A DNA stretch of 64,000 nt from contig CAWBGA010000017.1 of assembly GCA_963788195.1 (NCBI GenBank), forward strand, positions 352,001-416,000, given 5' to 3'. Shown here piece after piece: positions 53,114-64,000 of the stretch. The position numbers and the translations under genes were made by a program. Source of the stretch: Nitrospirota bacterium (GTDB lineage: Bacteria; Nitrospirota; Nitrospiria; Nitrospirales; NS-4). The stretch's first letter is position 1. Each line of letters opens with the position of its first letter. The notes beneath the pieces are model-generated. The model was not told where the DNA came from, made no database searches, and worked only from the letters and a program-made list of their open reading frames with translations.

Positions 53114-53885
53114 TCACTTATTAGGTGGCACACCCTGCGTGGCCGGCATCTGCTCAGCCGGCGCCACAGGGGAGGGCGGGGCTTTTTTCGCATCGAGCGT
53201 CTTGATACGGATCGTGGCCTCTTCGGTATAGGGCGAATGCGGGTGGTCCTTAATGAGCTCTTGGTAGTACGCCAGGGCCCCCTCCGGACGCTGTAACGCC
53301 TCATGGATCCTGGCCAGCTCATACAGGGCATGATCCTTGTTAGGCGCGTTCGACATTTTGGTGATCATTTGAAACGTCTTCTGGGCTTCATCCAGCTTCC
53401 CTTGAGAGAGCTGCGCATAGGCCAATCGCTGGTACACCAGGGGAATCAGCGATTTATGATCGCCATAGCGATTATTAAAATCCTGGTAGGCTTTTGTCGC
53501 CCCCTCCCAGTCCTTTAAATCACTCAAGACATTCCCAAGCATATAGGCCGCCTGCGGTGCGGCGGAAGTGCGGGGATACTCCGCGAGCACCTTCCGAAAG
53601 GTCTCCGCTGCCTGTTGCATTTGCTCAGGGCGAGGCGGGGGCGCGGTGGGGGATGCCTGAGAGAGCATCGCCATGCCCTGATGCAATAGTTCCTCCGCGG
53701 CTGCGTTTTCATGTTGCCGCAGCCAAAGATATCCGCCTATGGCGATCGCGACGATCACTGCAGCGGCGATCCCGGCCATCATCCACGTGAGATTTTCCCG
53801 AGCCGCGTCGGCCACGTGGCCCATGGACCCCGCTGATGTGCGCGACATTCGCGACCGGGGGTTTTTCCTTCCTGATTTTGAACAT
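53114..53885 (-). CDS. Membrane-anchored TPR protein (YfgM-like; start uncertain)
   Basis: Single TM helix followed by TPR repeats. The likely start at 53885 (GGAG RBS) is out of frame with ORF 53114..53848. Confidence 0.75.
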
Positions 53886-53916
53886 TCTAAACTCCTTCGA
53901 CCATCACGCCTCGGAC

Positions 53917-53991
53917 CTTATACTCACGCCTCCGAGAAATTGTCAAACAGCCAATCGTGCGTTTGACAGGATGGCAACAAGGCAGTATACG
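53917..53991. promoter_or_regulatory. Back-to-back sigma70 promoters (TPR gene / bioF)
   Basis: Plus strand TTGACA(53963)-17-TATACG. Minus strand TTGACA(53946)-18-TATAAG. Confidence 0.65.
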
Positions 53992-53999
53992 TTGCCTGT

Positions 54000-55172
54000 A
54001 TGTACTCCACCCGCCTGGATGTTCTCTCGCGCCGTTCACTCCTCCGACGGCTCCGTACGATCGATTGCGCCCCGCGCGCAGAGGTGCAGTTCGATGGACG
54101 TAGGATTCTTCTGTTCTCTTCCAATAATTATTTGGACCTCGCGGCCCACCCCAAAGTCATGGAAGCAGCCAGCGCCGCCATCCGGCGTTACGGCGTCGGA
54201 GCCGGCGCGTCTCGTCTGATTTCCGGCACGCTGGCGCCCCATACCGAGCTTGAAGAGCGGCTCGCGGCATTTAAGCGCACCGAAGCGGCGCTCGTATTCA
54301 GTACCGGCTACCACGCCAACCTCGGCTTGATTCAAACGCTCGCCGAAGACGCCTCCACAATCTACGCCGACCGCCTGTCCCACGCGAGCTTGATTGACGC
54401 CTGCCGGTTCTGCAAAGCGCAACTCCGGATTTTCCGCCATCGGGAGGCGTCGCAACTTCGCGCCCTGCTGAAGAGCAAGCGCAAGGAGGCTGCGGTCATT
54501 CTTACAGACGGCGTCTTCAGTATGGATGGTGATCTGGCGCCGCTTCCTGCCCTGCTCAATGTCGCTGAGTCCACCGGCGCCCAACTCGTCGTCGACGATG
54601 CCCACGGGACCGGGGTCATGGGCCCGGAGGGCCGCGGCACGGTGGAACACTTCGGGCTGAAGAGTGCGGCGCTTATCCAGATGGGGACATTGAGCAAGGC
54701 CTTGGGAGCATTCGGCGGCTTTGTGACCGGCTCCCGAGACCTGATCACGTACCTCGTCAACCGCGCCCGGTCTTTTATCTACACGACAGCGCTACCCCCA
54801 GCCATGGCAGCTGCGGCATCGGCAGCCCTGGAAATCATCATATGCGAACCTGAGCGCCGCGCGCGGCTTTGGTTCCTGCGCGAGCGGTTGGATCAAGGGC
54901 TAAAGACAATGGGCTGCGGGACCCTCGGCAGCGAATCTCCGATCATGCCTATTCTCGTCGGAGATGTCGCGGCGGCGCTGCGCTTGTCGGATCACCTGCT
55001 CGCTCAGGGTATATATGCTCCGGCGATTCGTCCTCCGACGGTACCCTCATCCAGCAGCAGAATCCGGATCACCGTGACGGCAGGCCACACTCCCGCTCAC
55101 ATCGATCACCTTCTGGAAGCGTTGTCCATGCTGAGGGCAACCGACGGCGGAATTATGGGAGCGACTGACTAA
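54000..55172 (+). CDS. bioF: 8-amino-7-oxononanoate synthase
   Basis: FSSNNYL, GAGASRL, HASLIDA, FSMDGD, DDAH, GTLSKA (PLP Lys), AIRPPTVP. Confidence 0.92.
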   Translation: MYSTRLDVLSRRSLLRRLRTIDCAPRAEVQFDGRRILLFSSNNYLDLAAHPKVMEAASAAIRRYGVGAGASRLISGTLAPHTELEERLAAFKRTEAALVFSTGYHANLGLIQTLAEDASTIYADRLSHASLIDACRFCKAQLRIFRHREASQLRALLKSKRKEAAVILTDGVFSMDGDLAPLPALLNVAESTGAQLVVDDAHGTGVMGPEGRGTVEHFGLKSAALIQMGTLSKALGAFGGFVTGSRDLITYLVNRARSFIYTTALPPAMAAAASAALEIIICEPERRARLWFLRERLDQGLKTMGCGTLGSESPIMPILVGDVAAALRLSDHLLAQGIYAPAIRPPTVPSSSSRIRITVTAGHTPAHIDHLLEALSMLRATDGGIMGATD

Positions 55173-55174
55173 CC

Positions 55175-56016
55175 CTACTGCGATTGCGAGACGCGAGGGG
55201 CGTAAGACGCGTTCACCATCCCTTTGATTGTATAGCTTTCCAACTGCTTCACTGAGATATGTGACCGCGCCACGGGTTTCGAGTACGGGCGGGGCCTCAA
55301 TAATCTCTTCATACTTCACAAGCCCGACACCCCGAACAAACCAGCTTGAGATTCGATCTTGGCTGACGGCCAGATGCCGGTTCTTCGACATCGTAACGGA
55401 GAGGGTCATGACCGCATCAATACGCAAGGCCTCCGGGAATGCGCCGGCTCCCACAATCACCGGTTCATAGCCGACGACCCGCGCGTCCGCCACAACATCC
55501 CCGCGTTCGGGGTGTCCGTCCCCGTCAAGGTCCGCCTGCATGTCGACGTTCGTCTTGTTGAGTTGCCGAAACGTCGCCCCTAGCACCAGCGGAAAGTTCA
55601 GGATGCGGTAGGGCACTAATTGCTGCTCGAACGGCGTTGTCGGCCGACTGCCGTGGTACACGATGCCGGTGTCATCGCGTCGAAAGTAGCCGTCGGTGGG
55701 ACCCTTGTTTCCCTGATTCGTTTCGCGAAAAATTTTCACCATGACGCCGTTCATGTTCGAGGTGCCGATCGTCGTCACTTCATTCTTGAAAGTGACCTGC
55801 GCAATATGCTCAATCTTTTCCGTATGCGTGTAGCCGACATACTCCCAGACACTTCCGAGACCGTCTGGGAAATATTCCTCGGTGTTCTCCAGCGCTCGAG
55901 GCGACGGGTGGCTGTCAGCGGCTTGCGAAAAGGCATTGCCGGCCATTGCCCACAACGGCGATCAAGCCTATCGTAAGGGATATCCACCGGAAAGAATGCC
56001 GCAATAGTCTCTCCAT
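55175..56016 (-). CDS. Hypothetical exported beta-rich protein (two indels)
   Basis: YFP..GSVWEY, DLDGDG, WFVRGVGLVKY. The corrected frame ends at TAG 55175, tail-to-tail with bioF. Confidence 0.65.
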
Positions 56017-56117
56017 TTTGCAGAGCAGGCGGAATTGTAAGGTATCATAAGGACCTACTCCCATCAAGTCTGCTATAATTTGCCGCCCCAGAATGCCTCC
56101 TATCGCGAGAAGCGGTC

Positions 56118-56861
56118 ATGCACAGCAAGCCACCGGACAAGCCCGTGGTTCTTGTAACCGGCTCTTCAAGAGGGCTCGGTCGTGCGATTGCGGCAGGGTT
56201 TGGGAGTAACGGGTACCGGGTCGCAGCGAATTACCGGATGGACACCGTCGGGGCGCTGGAGACCACGCGGACGATCGAATCCCAGGGAGGCGAAGCCTTT
56301 GCGCACCAGGCGGATGTCCGGGACGCGAAAGCAGTTCACGCCATGGTCTCTACAATTATGGATCGCTGGGGGCGCCTGGATGTTTTGGTGTGTAATGCGG
56401 GGGTCACAACACACGACCTCGTGGTTCGGCTGTCCGAGGAATCGTGGAATTCAGTCCTAGGGACGATCTTAACAGGGACCTTTCATTGTCTTCAGGCTGC
56501 CGGCATGGTGATGAAACAACAGGGTGGAGGAGCAATGGTTCTCATAGGGTCGCTCGCGAGTATCCAGGGTCGATCGGGACAAGCACCCTACGCCGCCGCG
56601 AAAGCCGGTATGCTCGGGCTCATGCATACCGCTGCACGGGAATGGGGCCGACACGGTATCCGAATTAACATGATTCTTCCGGGGTGGCACGCCACCGCCT
56701 TGACACAATTCCAGGAGGATTCCACCCCCCCGCCCTTTGCTCCGGTGTTGGAAGCTGGCACCAAGATGGAGGCAGTAGCCCAGTTTGTGTGCGCTTTGGC
56801 GAATATGCCCGATGTCTCCGGACAGACGTTCAGCCTGGACAGCCGAATTCTGCCACTGTGA
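56118..56861 (+). CDS. FabG-like short-chain dehydrogenase/reductase
   Basis: TGSSRGLG, CNAG, YAAAK, PG. Extended -10 TGCTATAAT upstream. Confidence 0.88.
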   Translation: MHSKPPDKPVVLVTGSSRGLGRAIAAGFGSNGYRVAANYRMDTVGALETTRTIESQGGEAFAHQADVRDAKAVHAMVSTIMDRWGRLDVLVCNAGVTTHDLVVRLSEESWNSVLGTILTGTFHCLQAAGMVMKQQGGGAMVLIGSLASIQGRSGQAPYAAAKAGMLGLMHTAAREWGRHGIRINMILPGWHATALTQFQEDSTPPPFAPVLEAGTKMEAVAQFVCALANMPDVSGQTFSLDSRILPL

Positions 56862-57581
56862 GCGCGCGCACCCCACGAGGACTGTTTGTGACCGGGACCG
56901 ATACCGGAGTGGGAAAGACGATTGCGACCGGTGTCGTCGCAATCTCTCTTCGCGCCCACGGCGTTAACGCAGGTGTGATGAAGCCCGTGGAGACCGGAAT
57001 CGAGGCGCGTCCTGACGGATTCTGACTGGCTTGGATCGGTTGTGCCTAGCGAGGATCCGCGGGAGATGATGACTCCCTATCGTCTGCGGGCGGCTGCTGC
57101 GCCCGCGGTTGCTGCGATGGCAGAAAATCTTTCCATTGAGCTTCCCACAATTGTCGCAGCGTTTAAAGCGCTGGCCTCCCGGCATGAGTGTATCGTCGTC
57201 GAGGGCGTGGGAGGGGCCATGGTCCCTCTGCGCCATGACCTTCTTGTCGCCGACCTCATGCTTCAACTGGGACTCCCGGTCCTCATCGTCGCCCGTGTAG
57301 GACTCGGCAGCATCAACCATACGTTGCTCACAGTAGAGTGCCTCGAACGCCGTGGAATCCCCATACTTGGGATTCTCTTTAATAACCCGATCCCGCCGCC
57401 GCACGATCATAGTCATGACACCGTCCCGACGATTTTGCGATGGACTGGCCTTCGGTGCTTTGGGGAATTGCCTCACGCGGATGGCCTGCCGGAGACGTGG
57501 AACCGGCAGCATGCGCGGCTCATGTCGCACGTGGATATCCAAGGATTATTGGAAGCTCTTGAGTTCCGCGCAGTGGCGTGA
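56858..57581 (+). CDS. bioD: Dethiobiotin synthetase (indel near 57020)
   Basis: FVTGTDTGVGKT, MKPVETG, VEGVGG, LGSINHT. 4-bp overlap with the SDR gene. Confidence 0.92.
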
Positions 57582-57678
57582 TCTTTAACGGCTCAGCAGC
57601 AGCCCTTAACGGGGATGAATCAAGTTGACTGTCACGGGTCGGTAGCGTACAACCTGCATCGTAACCCAAGGAGCATGA

Positions 57679-58934
57679 ATGCAGCGTCGGGTGGTGATTA
57701 CAGGGCTAGGGGTGGTGTCGCCGATCGGGATCGGCGTCGGCCATTTTTGGAGGGCTGCATTGGAAGGGCGATCCGGCATCACGGCCCTGCGGCCTTTGGC
57801 GGACTTTCCTCTGGAGTCCTATCGGTGTCAGATCGCCGGGCAGGTCCGTGATTTTCAAGCCTCTCAATTCCTCGAGGCCGGGATTGCGGAACGAGTGGAT
57901 CGTTATGCTCAGTTCGCAATGATCGCATCAAGGGAAGCCTTCCGTGATGCCTCGCTTGCCATGGAGCATGAAGCACCACATCGGGTTGGTGTGATTGTCG
58001 GCGCTGGAATGGGCGGGATGGTGATGGGCGAACGAGAGATCACGAAGCTCTATCGTTCACACCGGCCGGAACGGGTGCATCCGAATTTCATTCCGACGAT
58101 TACGCTCAACTCCGCCTCAGGCCTGCTGGCGATTCAGCATGGCGCGAAAGGCCCGAACCTTACAATTTCGACGGCATGCTCCTCGGGCGCGCATGCCATC
58201 GGCCAAGCGCTCTCGACCATTCGCTCCGGGAAAGCAGATGTCATGATGGCCGTGGGCGCGGATGCAAGCCTGACGCCCTTGGTGTTCGCAGGCTTCTGCA
58301 CCTTGCGGGCGCTGTCGACAAAATTCAACAAAACGCCGAGCCTCGCCTCGCGTCCATTTGATCGATTGCGGGATGGGTTCGTGATGGGAGAAGGCGCAGG
58401 GGCCCTCGATTTTAGAATCGCTCTCCCATGCCAAGCAGACGAAAGGCGAAAATCTATGCGGAACTCGCCGGATACGGCGCAACCAGTGAGTCCTTCCACG
58501 TCGTCATCCCCCGGGAGGATGGCGCCGACATGGCGACGACGATGGCATTGGCTCTTGACGATGCCGGGATTTCACCTGCACAGGTAGACTACATCAATGC
58601 CCATGCGACCTCTACCATGGTCGGCGACGCAGCTGAGGTGAGAGGGATTCGGCGACTCTTGAAAGGCCGCGCCGAGCATGTCGTCGTCAACGCGACAAAA
58701 TCGTTAATCGGTCATACCCTCGGAGCCGCAGGCGCAATCGGCGCCATTGCGTCAGTCTTGGCTCTTCACAACAGCATTATTCATCCGACCATTAACTATG
58801 AGCAACCCGATGCCGAGTGCGCGCTACCCGGGATCTCCGCGAAAGTCCAGGAGCGTCGAGCGAAAGTGGCGTTGCTGAACGCCTTCGGTTTCGGAAGCAA
58901 TAACGCAGCCCTGGTGTTTAAGAAATGGCGGTGA
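57679..58934 (+). CDS. fabF: Beta-ketoacyl-ACP synthase II-like (indel near 58410)
   Basis: RRVVITGLG, TACSSG, RPFD.RDGFVMGEG, NAHATST, KSLIGHTLGA, FGFG. Confidence 0.88.
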
Positions 58935-59251
58935 GGAAGTCACCGGAAAAACGACCGGCGCAGTCGGCCGCCGCCAAGCAAGTCATGGCGGCCTTAAGCG
59001 AATATCTCAAAAAGGACGAACGCAAGTTGGCGGCCACCCTCTCTTTGCGAGAGGACTTGGGCCTTGATTCTCTCGCCATCATCGAATTACTGTACAGGAT
59101 CGAAGAGGTGTTCAATCTTTCAATTCCGGATGAGGACCTTGAAAAGCTTCAAACTGTCGGCGACGTGATTGCGTACATCGAAAATGGAATGGGATCGAAA
59201 CGTCCCACGGCGGCCTCGGCGAAGACCACGAAAACAAAGAAACGAAAGTAA
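58925..59251 (+). CDS. Acyl carrier protein with basic extensions
   Basis: EDLGLDSL phosphopantetheine site, IEEVF.LSIPDED, TVGDV. Confidence 0.9.
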   Translation: MAVRKSPEKRPAQSAAAKQVMAALSEYLKKDERKLAATLSLREDLGLDSLAIIELLYRIEEVFNLSIPDEDLEKLQTVGDVIAYIENGMGSKRPTAASAKTTKTKKRK

Positions 59252-59252
59252 G

Positions 59253-60110
59253 TTACTCCCCGGCGTCCTTCTGCTCTTCTCCAAGCAATTCTTTCACCTT
59301 CGCCCCGATATCCTTGGACGTGATCAGCGCCTCTCCGACAAGAATGGCCCGAACACCAGCTTCTGCAAGCCGCCGCACGTCAGCCGCAGTGACGATTCCG
59401 CTCTCACTGACAATTAACTTGTCGTCCGGGATGCGCTTCGCCAATCGGAATGTCACCTCCAGGGACGTCTCAAACGTGGTCAGGTCACGATTGTTGATCC
59501 CGATTAACCGCGTCTCCGGCAGACGCTCGAGCAAGAGATCCAGCTCCCGCTCGTGGTGAACTTCGATAAGGACATCGAGCCCGAATTCCTGACGCGCCAG
59601 GTGATAAAAGTCGATCAACTGTGGACGCTCCAGCGCGGCAACGATCAGGAGGACAGCATCCGCACGATGGGCCCGCGCCTCATAGAACTGCAACTCGTCC
59701 ACCATGAATTCTTTATTGAGAGCAGGCAATGGAATGGCTTCCCGAATCCGTTGGAGAAAATCGAGGCTGCCTTGAAAAAATGCCATGTCCGTCAGGACGG
59801 ACAGGGCGCTCGCGCCGGATTGGTGATACGCCCTGGCAATGGCCAGGGCATCAAAATCTTCTCGAAGGAGTCCTTTGCTGGGGGAGGCCTTTTTGACCTC
59901 CGCAATAAGCCGGGGCGTCTCCCCTCTGGGAATCGAGGCACGAGCGCTGGGACCGATAAGCACCGGAGGCGCCAGGCCCGCGAGGGCCGTGTAAAATCCG
60001 ATCGGCGGCGGCGTCTGCCGGATCCTGGTTTTTAGTTCCGCCAGGTAGGAGGCTTTCTTTTTGTCTTTGATCTCCTGCTTCTTGTGTTCGAGGATTCTAT
60101 CCAGAAACAT
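59253..60110 (-). CDS. trpC: Indole-3-glycerol phosphate synthase
   Basis: IAEVKKASPSKG, LSVLTD..FF.G, GINNRDL, VSESGI. Confidence 0.95.
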   Translation of the reverse strand: MFLDRILEHKKQEIKDKKKASYLAELKTRIRQTPPPIGFYTALAGLAPPVLIGPSARASIPRGETPRLIAEVKKASPSKGLLREDFDALAIARAYHQSGASALSVLTDMAFFQGSLDFLQRIREAIPLPALNKEFMVDELQFYEARAHRADAVLLIVAALERPQLIDFYHLARQEFGLDVLIEVHHERELDLLLERLPETRLIGINNRDLTTFETSLEVTFRLAKRIPDDKLIVSESGIVTAADVRRLAEAGVRAILVGEALITSKDIGAKVKELLGEEQKDAGE

Positions 60111-60116
60111 GGAAGC

Positions 60117-61128
60117 TCAACCCTTGGTCCATTTGATCAGGGTCTCGAGCTTCTCCATGGCCTTCCCGGAACGAATGACGGCGCGTGCCTTCTCCACCCC
60201 CTCCTGCAAGGTCTCTGCTTTGCCGGCGGCCACGAAGGCAGGCGCGGCATTGACAAGGACGAGATGCTGGCGGGGGCCCTCCCGTCCTTCCAGAATATCG
60301 CGCGTGATGCGGGCATTTTCCTCGGCATCCCCGCCGCTCAAATCTTTTAAGCGGCACCGCTCGACTCCGAAATCGCCGGGTTCGACAAAGTAAGTGGTGA
60401 TACGGCTGCCCTTAGCCTCGGTAATGCGAGTGCGGGTTGTGAGTGTGATCTCATCCAAGCCGTCCATGCCATGAACCACGTAACAATGCCGTGCCCCGAG
60501 ATTCATCAGAACTTTCGCGAGGGTGTCAGTCAGTGACTCTTCATACACGCCAAGAATCTGGATGCTCGCGCCGGCTGGGTTCGTCAGTGGCCCGAGCAGG
60601 TTGAAGATCGTGCGGATCCCGATCTCCTGTCTTACTGTCGCCGCGTGCTTCATCGCCGTGTGAAACATCGGCGCGAACAGAAATCCCAGTCCTATTTCAT
60701 TAATGCATTCTTCAACGCGCTCGGGCGGGAGATCGACGCGCACGCCCAAAGCCGTGAGAACGTCCGCGCTGCCGCACCGGGACGTGACCGCCCGATTACC
60801 GTGCTTTGCGACCGTGAGGCCGCCGCCGGCCAGTACCAACGCCACCGTCGTCGAGACATTGAATGTGCCCGCGCCATCCCCGCCTGTCCCGCAGGTGTCT
60901 ACGACGACTGCTGTCGTCGGGTGGATCCGCATGGCCTTTGCTCGCATGGCTCGTGCGGAGCCCGTGATCTCATCAACCGTCTCACCCTTGATGCGAAGCG
61001 CCGTGACATACGCTGCGATTTGCGAAGCTGTGGTCTTACCCTCCATGATCTCGTGCATGACCACTTCCGCCTCGCCATCAGTCAAGGACTGCCGCTCGAC
61101 GAGTCTCGGCAATGGCCTGCTGGATCAT
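60117..61128 (-). CDS. trpD: Anthranilate phosphoribosyltransferase (indel near 61110)
   Basis: DTCGTGGD, KHGNR, GSAD, NLLGPLTNP, GLDE. ATG at 61128 (MIQQAIA) is out of frame by one base. Confidence 0.94.
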
Positions 61129-61138
61129 GCCGACCGAA

Positions 61139-61702
61139 TCACAGGGTCAGAAAGTTGCGCAGAAGATCCTTGCCTGGGCGAGTCAAAATGGATTCGGGAT
61201 GGAACTGGACGCCTTCGACAGTGAGGGTACGGTGGCGAAGGCCCATGATTTCTCCCTCCTCCGTTTCCGCGGTGACCTCCAGGCAGGAGGGAAGAGTCTC
61301 TCGGCGCACAATCAGCGAATGGTATCGCGTGGCTTCAAACGGATTGGGCAGATCACGAAAGATGGTGCGCTGATCGTGGCGGATCATGGAGGTCTTTCCA
61401 TGCATGAGCCGGGGCGCCCGCACCACGTCGCCACCGAATGCCTCGCCGATACTTTGATGGCCAAGACAGACACCGAGAATCGGAATGAGTCCCGCCAGCC
61501 GCTTGATTGTTTCGACCGAGATGCCGGCTTGCTTAGGCGTGCATGGCCCCGGGGAGATCACGATGCGTTCAGGCTTCATGGCAACAATCTCATCAACCGT
61601 GATCGCATCATTTCTGACAACCCGGAGCTCCTGACCCAACTCGCCTAGGTACTGGACCAGGTTATAGGTGAAGGAGTCGTAATTATCGATGACCAACAGC
61701 AC
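61139..61702 (-). CDS. trpG: Anthranilate synthase glutamine amidotransferase component
   Basis: [32 protein letters not shown]. Confidence 0.93.
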   Translation of the reverse strand: MLLVIDNYDSFTYNLVQYLGELGQELRVVRNDAITVDEIVAMKPERIVISPGPCTPKQAGISVETIKRLAGLIPILGVCLGHQSIGEAFGGDVVRAPRLMHGKTSMIRHDQRTIFRDLPNPFEATRYHSLIVRRETLPSCLEVTAETEEGEIMGLRHRTLTVEGVQFHPESILTRPGKDLLRNFLTL

Positions 61703-61705
61703 AGG

Positions 61706-63197
61706 CTACTCCAAACCTCCTTCGGCCATTTCAATCGCCCGCATCATCGCCTGGGCCTTGTTGCATGTCTCCTGGTATTCCGCCTCGGGGTCGGAATCGG
61801 CCACAATCCCCGCGCCCGCCTGGATATAGGCTTGACGTCCCTTGATCACAACGGTGCGGATGTTGATGCAGGTATCCATATTGCCGGAAAACCCAAAGTA
61901 GCCCACCGCCCCGGCGTAAGGTCCGCGGCGCGACGGCTCCAACTCCTCGATGATCTCCATCGCGCGGATCTTCGGCGCCCCCGACACAGTCCCTGCAGGA
62001 AAACAGGCGCGCAGGACATCGTAGGCATCCTTCCCCGCTTGAAGCCGCCCCTCCACTTGCGACACGAGGTGCATCACATGGGAGTACTGCTCCACCACCA
62101 TGAAATCTTTCACGCGCACGGAGCCCGGGACAGCCACGCGGCCCACGTCGTTGCGGCCGAGATCGACCAGCATGACATGTTCGGCGCGCTCTTTGGCGTT
62201 TGTCAGCAATTCCTCCCGTAGTAGCCCATCCTCCTCCTCGCTCTTCCCGCGGCGGCGCGTGCCGGCAATCGGACGCAGGTGGACGACGTCCGTCCTCACA
62301 ACGGACCAAGACTTCAGGTGACGCCCCGACCAGCTCGACGTCCGGAAATCTCAGGTAGAACATGTACGGCGACGGATTGACGACTCGGAGAGCCCGGTAA
62401 ATATCGAACGGCTTGGCGGCGAGCCGGGCCTGCCAACGCTGAGAGAGCACGCCCTGAAAAATATCGCCGGCCTTGATGTACTCCTTCGTCTGCACCACCA
62501 TTTTCTCGAAGTCGGCCTTGCTCATGTTGGAGGTAAATATAAGCGGCGTGCGGCGCCGGGCGCGTGCCGAGGCGCCGATGCGTGTCGTCCGCAGGCGGGC
62601 GATGATCCTGTCGATCCGTCGGATGGCCGCGTCATATGCTTTCTTCATCCCGCCAGCTCCGATCCGAGCATTCGCGACGACCTTGATGGTGTGGGCCACG
62701 TTATCGAAAATCAATAAGGCATCGGTCACGAGGAAGCTGACATCGGGGAGTCCGAGAAGATCCTTGCCGATCGACGGCAGCCGTTCAAACTGCCGGACGA
62801 TATCATAGCTTAAATAGCCTACGGCTCCCCCGTAGAAGCGCGGGAGGCCGGCCACCGGCACCGGCCGGTATTCGGCCATGATTTCGCGGAGTTCCGAGAG
62901 AACATCTCTCGTGACTGGAATTCCACGGCGGCGTCGCCCATCGGAAAGCACGAGCTGTGTCGAATTGCCTTGCAGCATCATGGGCGATCCGCTGCCCAAA
63001 AACGAATACCGGCCCCATTTCTCTCCGCCTTCGACACTCTCGAACAGATACGCACACGGCCCCTCGTCGATCTTCGCAAAGGCTGAAACGGGAGTTTCGA
63101 AATCGGCCAGCACTTCGCGAAAGACCGGAACGAGATTCCCCTCTTTCGCCAGCGCGCAAAACTGCTTGAAGTCCGGTGTGTAAGAGGCAGCGTGCAT
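61706..63197 (-). CDS. trpE: Anthranilate synthase component I (indel near 62295)
   Basis: [54 protein letters not shown]. Confidence 0.94.
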
Positions 63198-63321
63198 GAC
63201 GGTCACGGTACCACAGCCCATTTCGGCGAGTCAACGGAAGCTGATTACGTAGTTTAACGTAGTCGAGAGGAAAACGCGACGTGAACTGCCAGGCGAAAAA
63301 TGAAAGACGATGACGCCGGAC

Positions 63322-63738
63322 TTAGCGCTCGTAGAAGTCGCGATCAGGCGTCTCGTCGAACTCGGGCTCGCGATCCCGGGTCCTCGCGCCACCCTCGCCT
63401 TCGAAATGCTCTTCCATGTCGGCGACGCGCCCCCAAAGCGATTCGATCTTTTCATCGAGCCGGGCCAGACGATCGGCCAGAATTTTGTCCTGATCGCGGC
63501 GCGTTGATCCCTCCTGCCCGCCGACGCCAGGACGCTTGCGTAGCTCTGCTTTCAGGTTCTCAACGTCGGAGGTCAGGCGTCGGACTTGAGCTGTCAGGTC
63601 ATCGGAACCCTTCGCCGCCTGTGGCTCCGGCCGGGTAGATTTTTGTACTTTGGTATCCCGTCCATGCTTGGCTGGGCTCGCGGTCTTGTTCGACGCTGCA
63701 GGCCGCTTGGATCGGACCGGCTTATTCTGTGCAGGCAT
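63322..63738 (-). CDS. Hypothetical coiled-coil protein
   Basis: GAGG RBS, basic N-terminus, heptad segments, acidic C-terminus. Confidence 0.6.
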   Translation of the reverse strand: MPAQNKPVRSKRPAASNKTASPAKHGRDTKVQKSTRPEPQAAKGSDDLTAQVRRLTSDVENLKAELRKRPGVGGQEGSTRRDQDKILADRLARLDEKIESLWGRVADMEEHFEGEGGARTRDREPEFDETPDRDFYER

Positions 63739-63765
63739 GGCCGTCTTTCCTCCCCTCTGTGGACG

Positions 63766-64000
63766 CTACGCCCGAATCCATCCCTGATCGGCAAAGCTGA
63801 CATACCGGCGATCGCCGATGATGACGTGATCCAAAACCCGTATCCCGACGAGCTCTCCGACGGACACCAGCCTCTCCGTTAACGCGCGGTCTTCTGGGCT
63901 CGCGTCGGGATCGCCGCTCGGATGATTGTGCACGAAAATCACCGCCGCCGCCGACTCTCTCACTGCAGGGCCAAAGGCTTCCCGAGGATGCACGACGCTG
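63766..64000 (-). CDS. radC: RadC/JAB domain protein (3' part only)
   Basis: VHPRE, HNHPSGD...S..D, LDHVIIG. Confidence 0.92.
   Translation of the reverse strand, partial: SVVHPREAFGPAVRESAAAVIFVHNHPSGDPDASPEDRALTERLVSVGELVGIRVLDHVIIGDRRYVSFADQGWIRA

Noticed and set aside
53941..53968. TGTCAAAC-N12-GTTTGACA palindrome upstream of bioF as a BirA operator
   Set aside because: The spacing is shorter than canonical BirA boxes. It is explained by two divergent -35 hexamers, and the same layout occurs at rlpA/rimO. Not fully excluded.
63200..63322. trp attenuator or leader peptide
   Set aside because: No Trp-codon-rich leader ORF or terminator/antiterminator structure is visible upstream of trpE.
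63766..64000. radC as a marker of a mobile element
   Set aside because: It is adjacent to housekeeping trp genes with no mobility genes visible, and is truncated by the window edge.

Overview
Gene-dense, GC-rich bacterial chromosomal window. Gene content and style suggest a Nitrospirota (Nitrospiraceae-like) genome, which is an inference and not a database result. About 24 recognisable genes are split by small indels, most simply read as long-read assembly errors. From left to right the window holds: (1) a co-oriented minus-strand run of rhomboid, PstS-like protein, orphan MshEN-PilB/GspE ATPase, PepF, M20 peptidase, REC-PAS-GGDEF and a CheB-CheR-PAS-HisKA_2 fusion; (2) HEAT proteins, a DUF3015/DUF4105 pair, rlpA, rimO, an OmpR-family two-component system with degP, speD-speE, a GldAFG-like ABC system and a second kinase; (3) an accessory, stress-flavoured region at about 34.5-49 kb (cupredoxin-like lipoprotein, small Zn finger, DUF1328, Rieske/cyt b-c, PRTase, Lon, tRNA-Arg(CCT), CsbD, a hidden metallothionein-like peptide, M48, ChaB, two repeat-domain paralogs); (4) HAD, hpnD, cytochrome c, MltD-like and TPR proteins, a bioF/SDR/bioD/fabF/ACP cluster, trpEGDC and a partial radC. 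The most notable signals are a dispersed mosaic repeat family with one copy inserted in frame into a signal peptide, small genes missed by the ORF track, a c-di-GMP synthase co-located with a c-di-GMP-receptor ATPase, and FAS-II paralogs beside biotin genes. No CRISPR array, integrase or transposase was seen.
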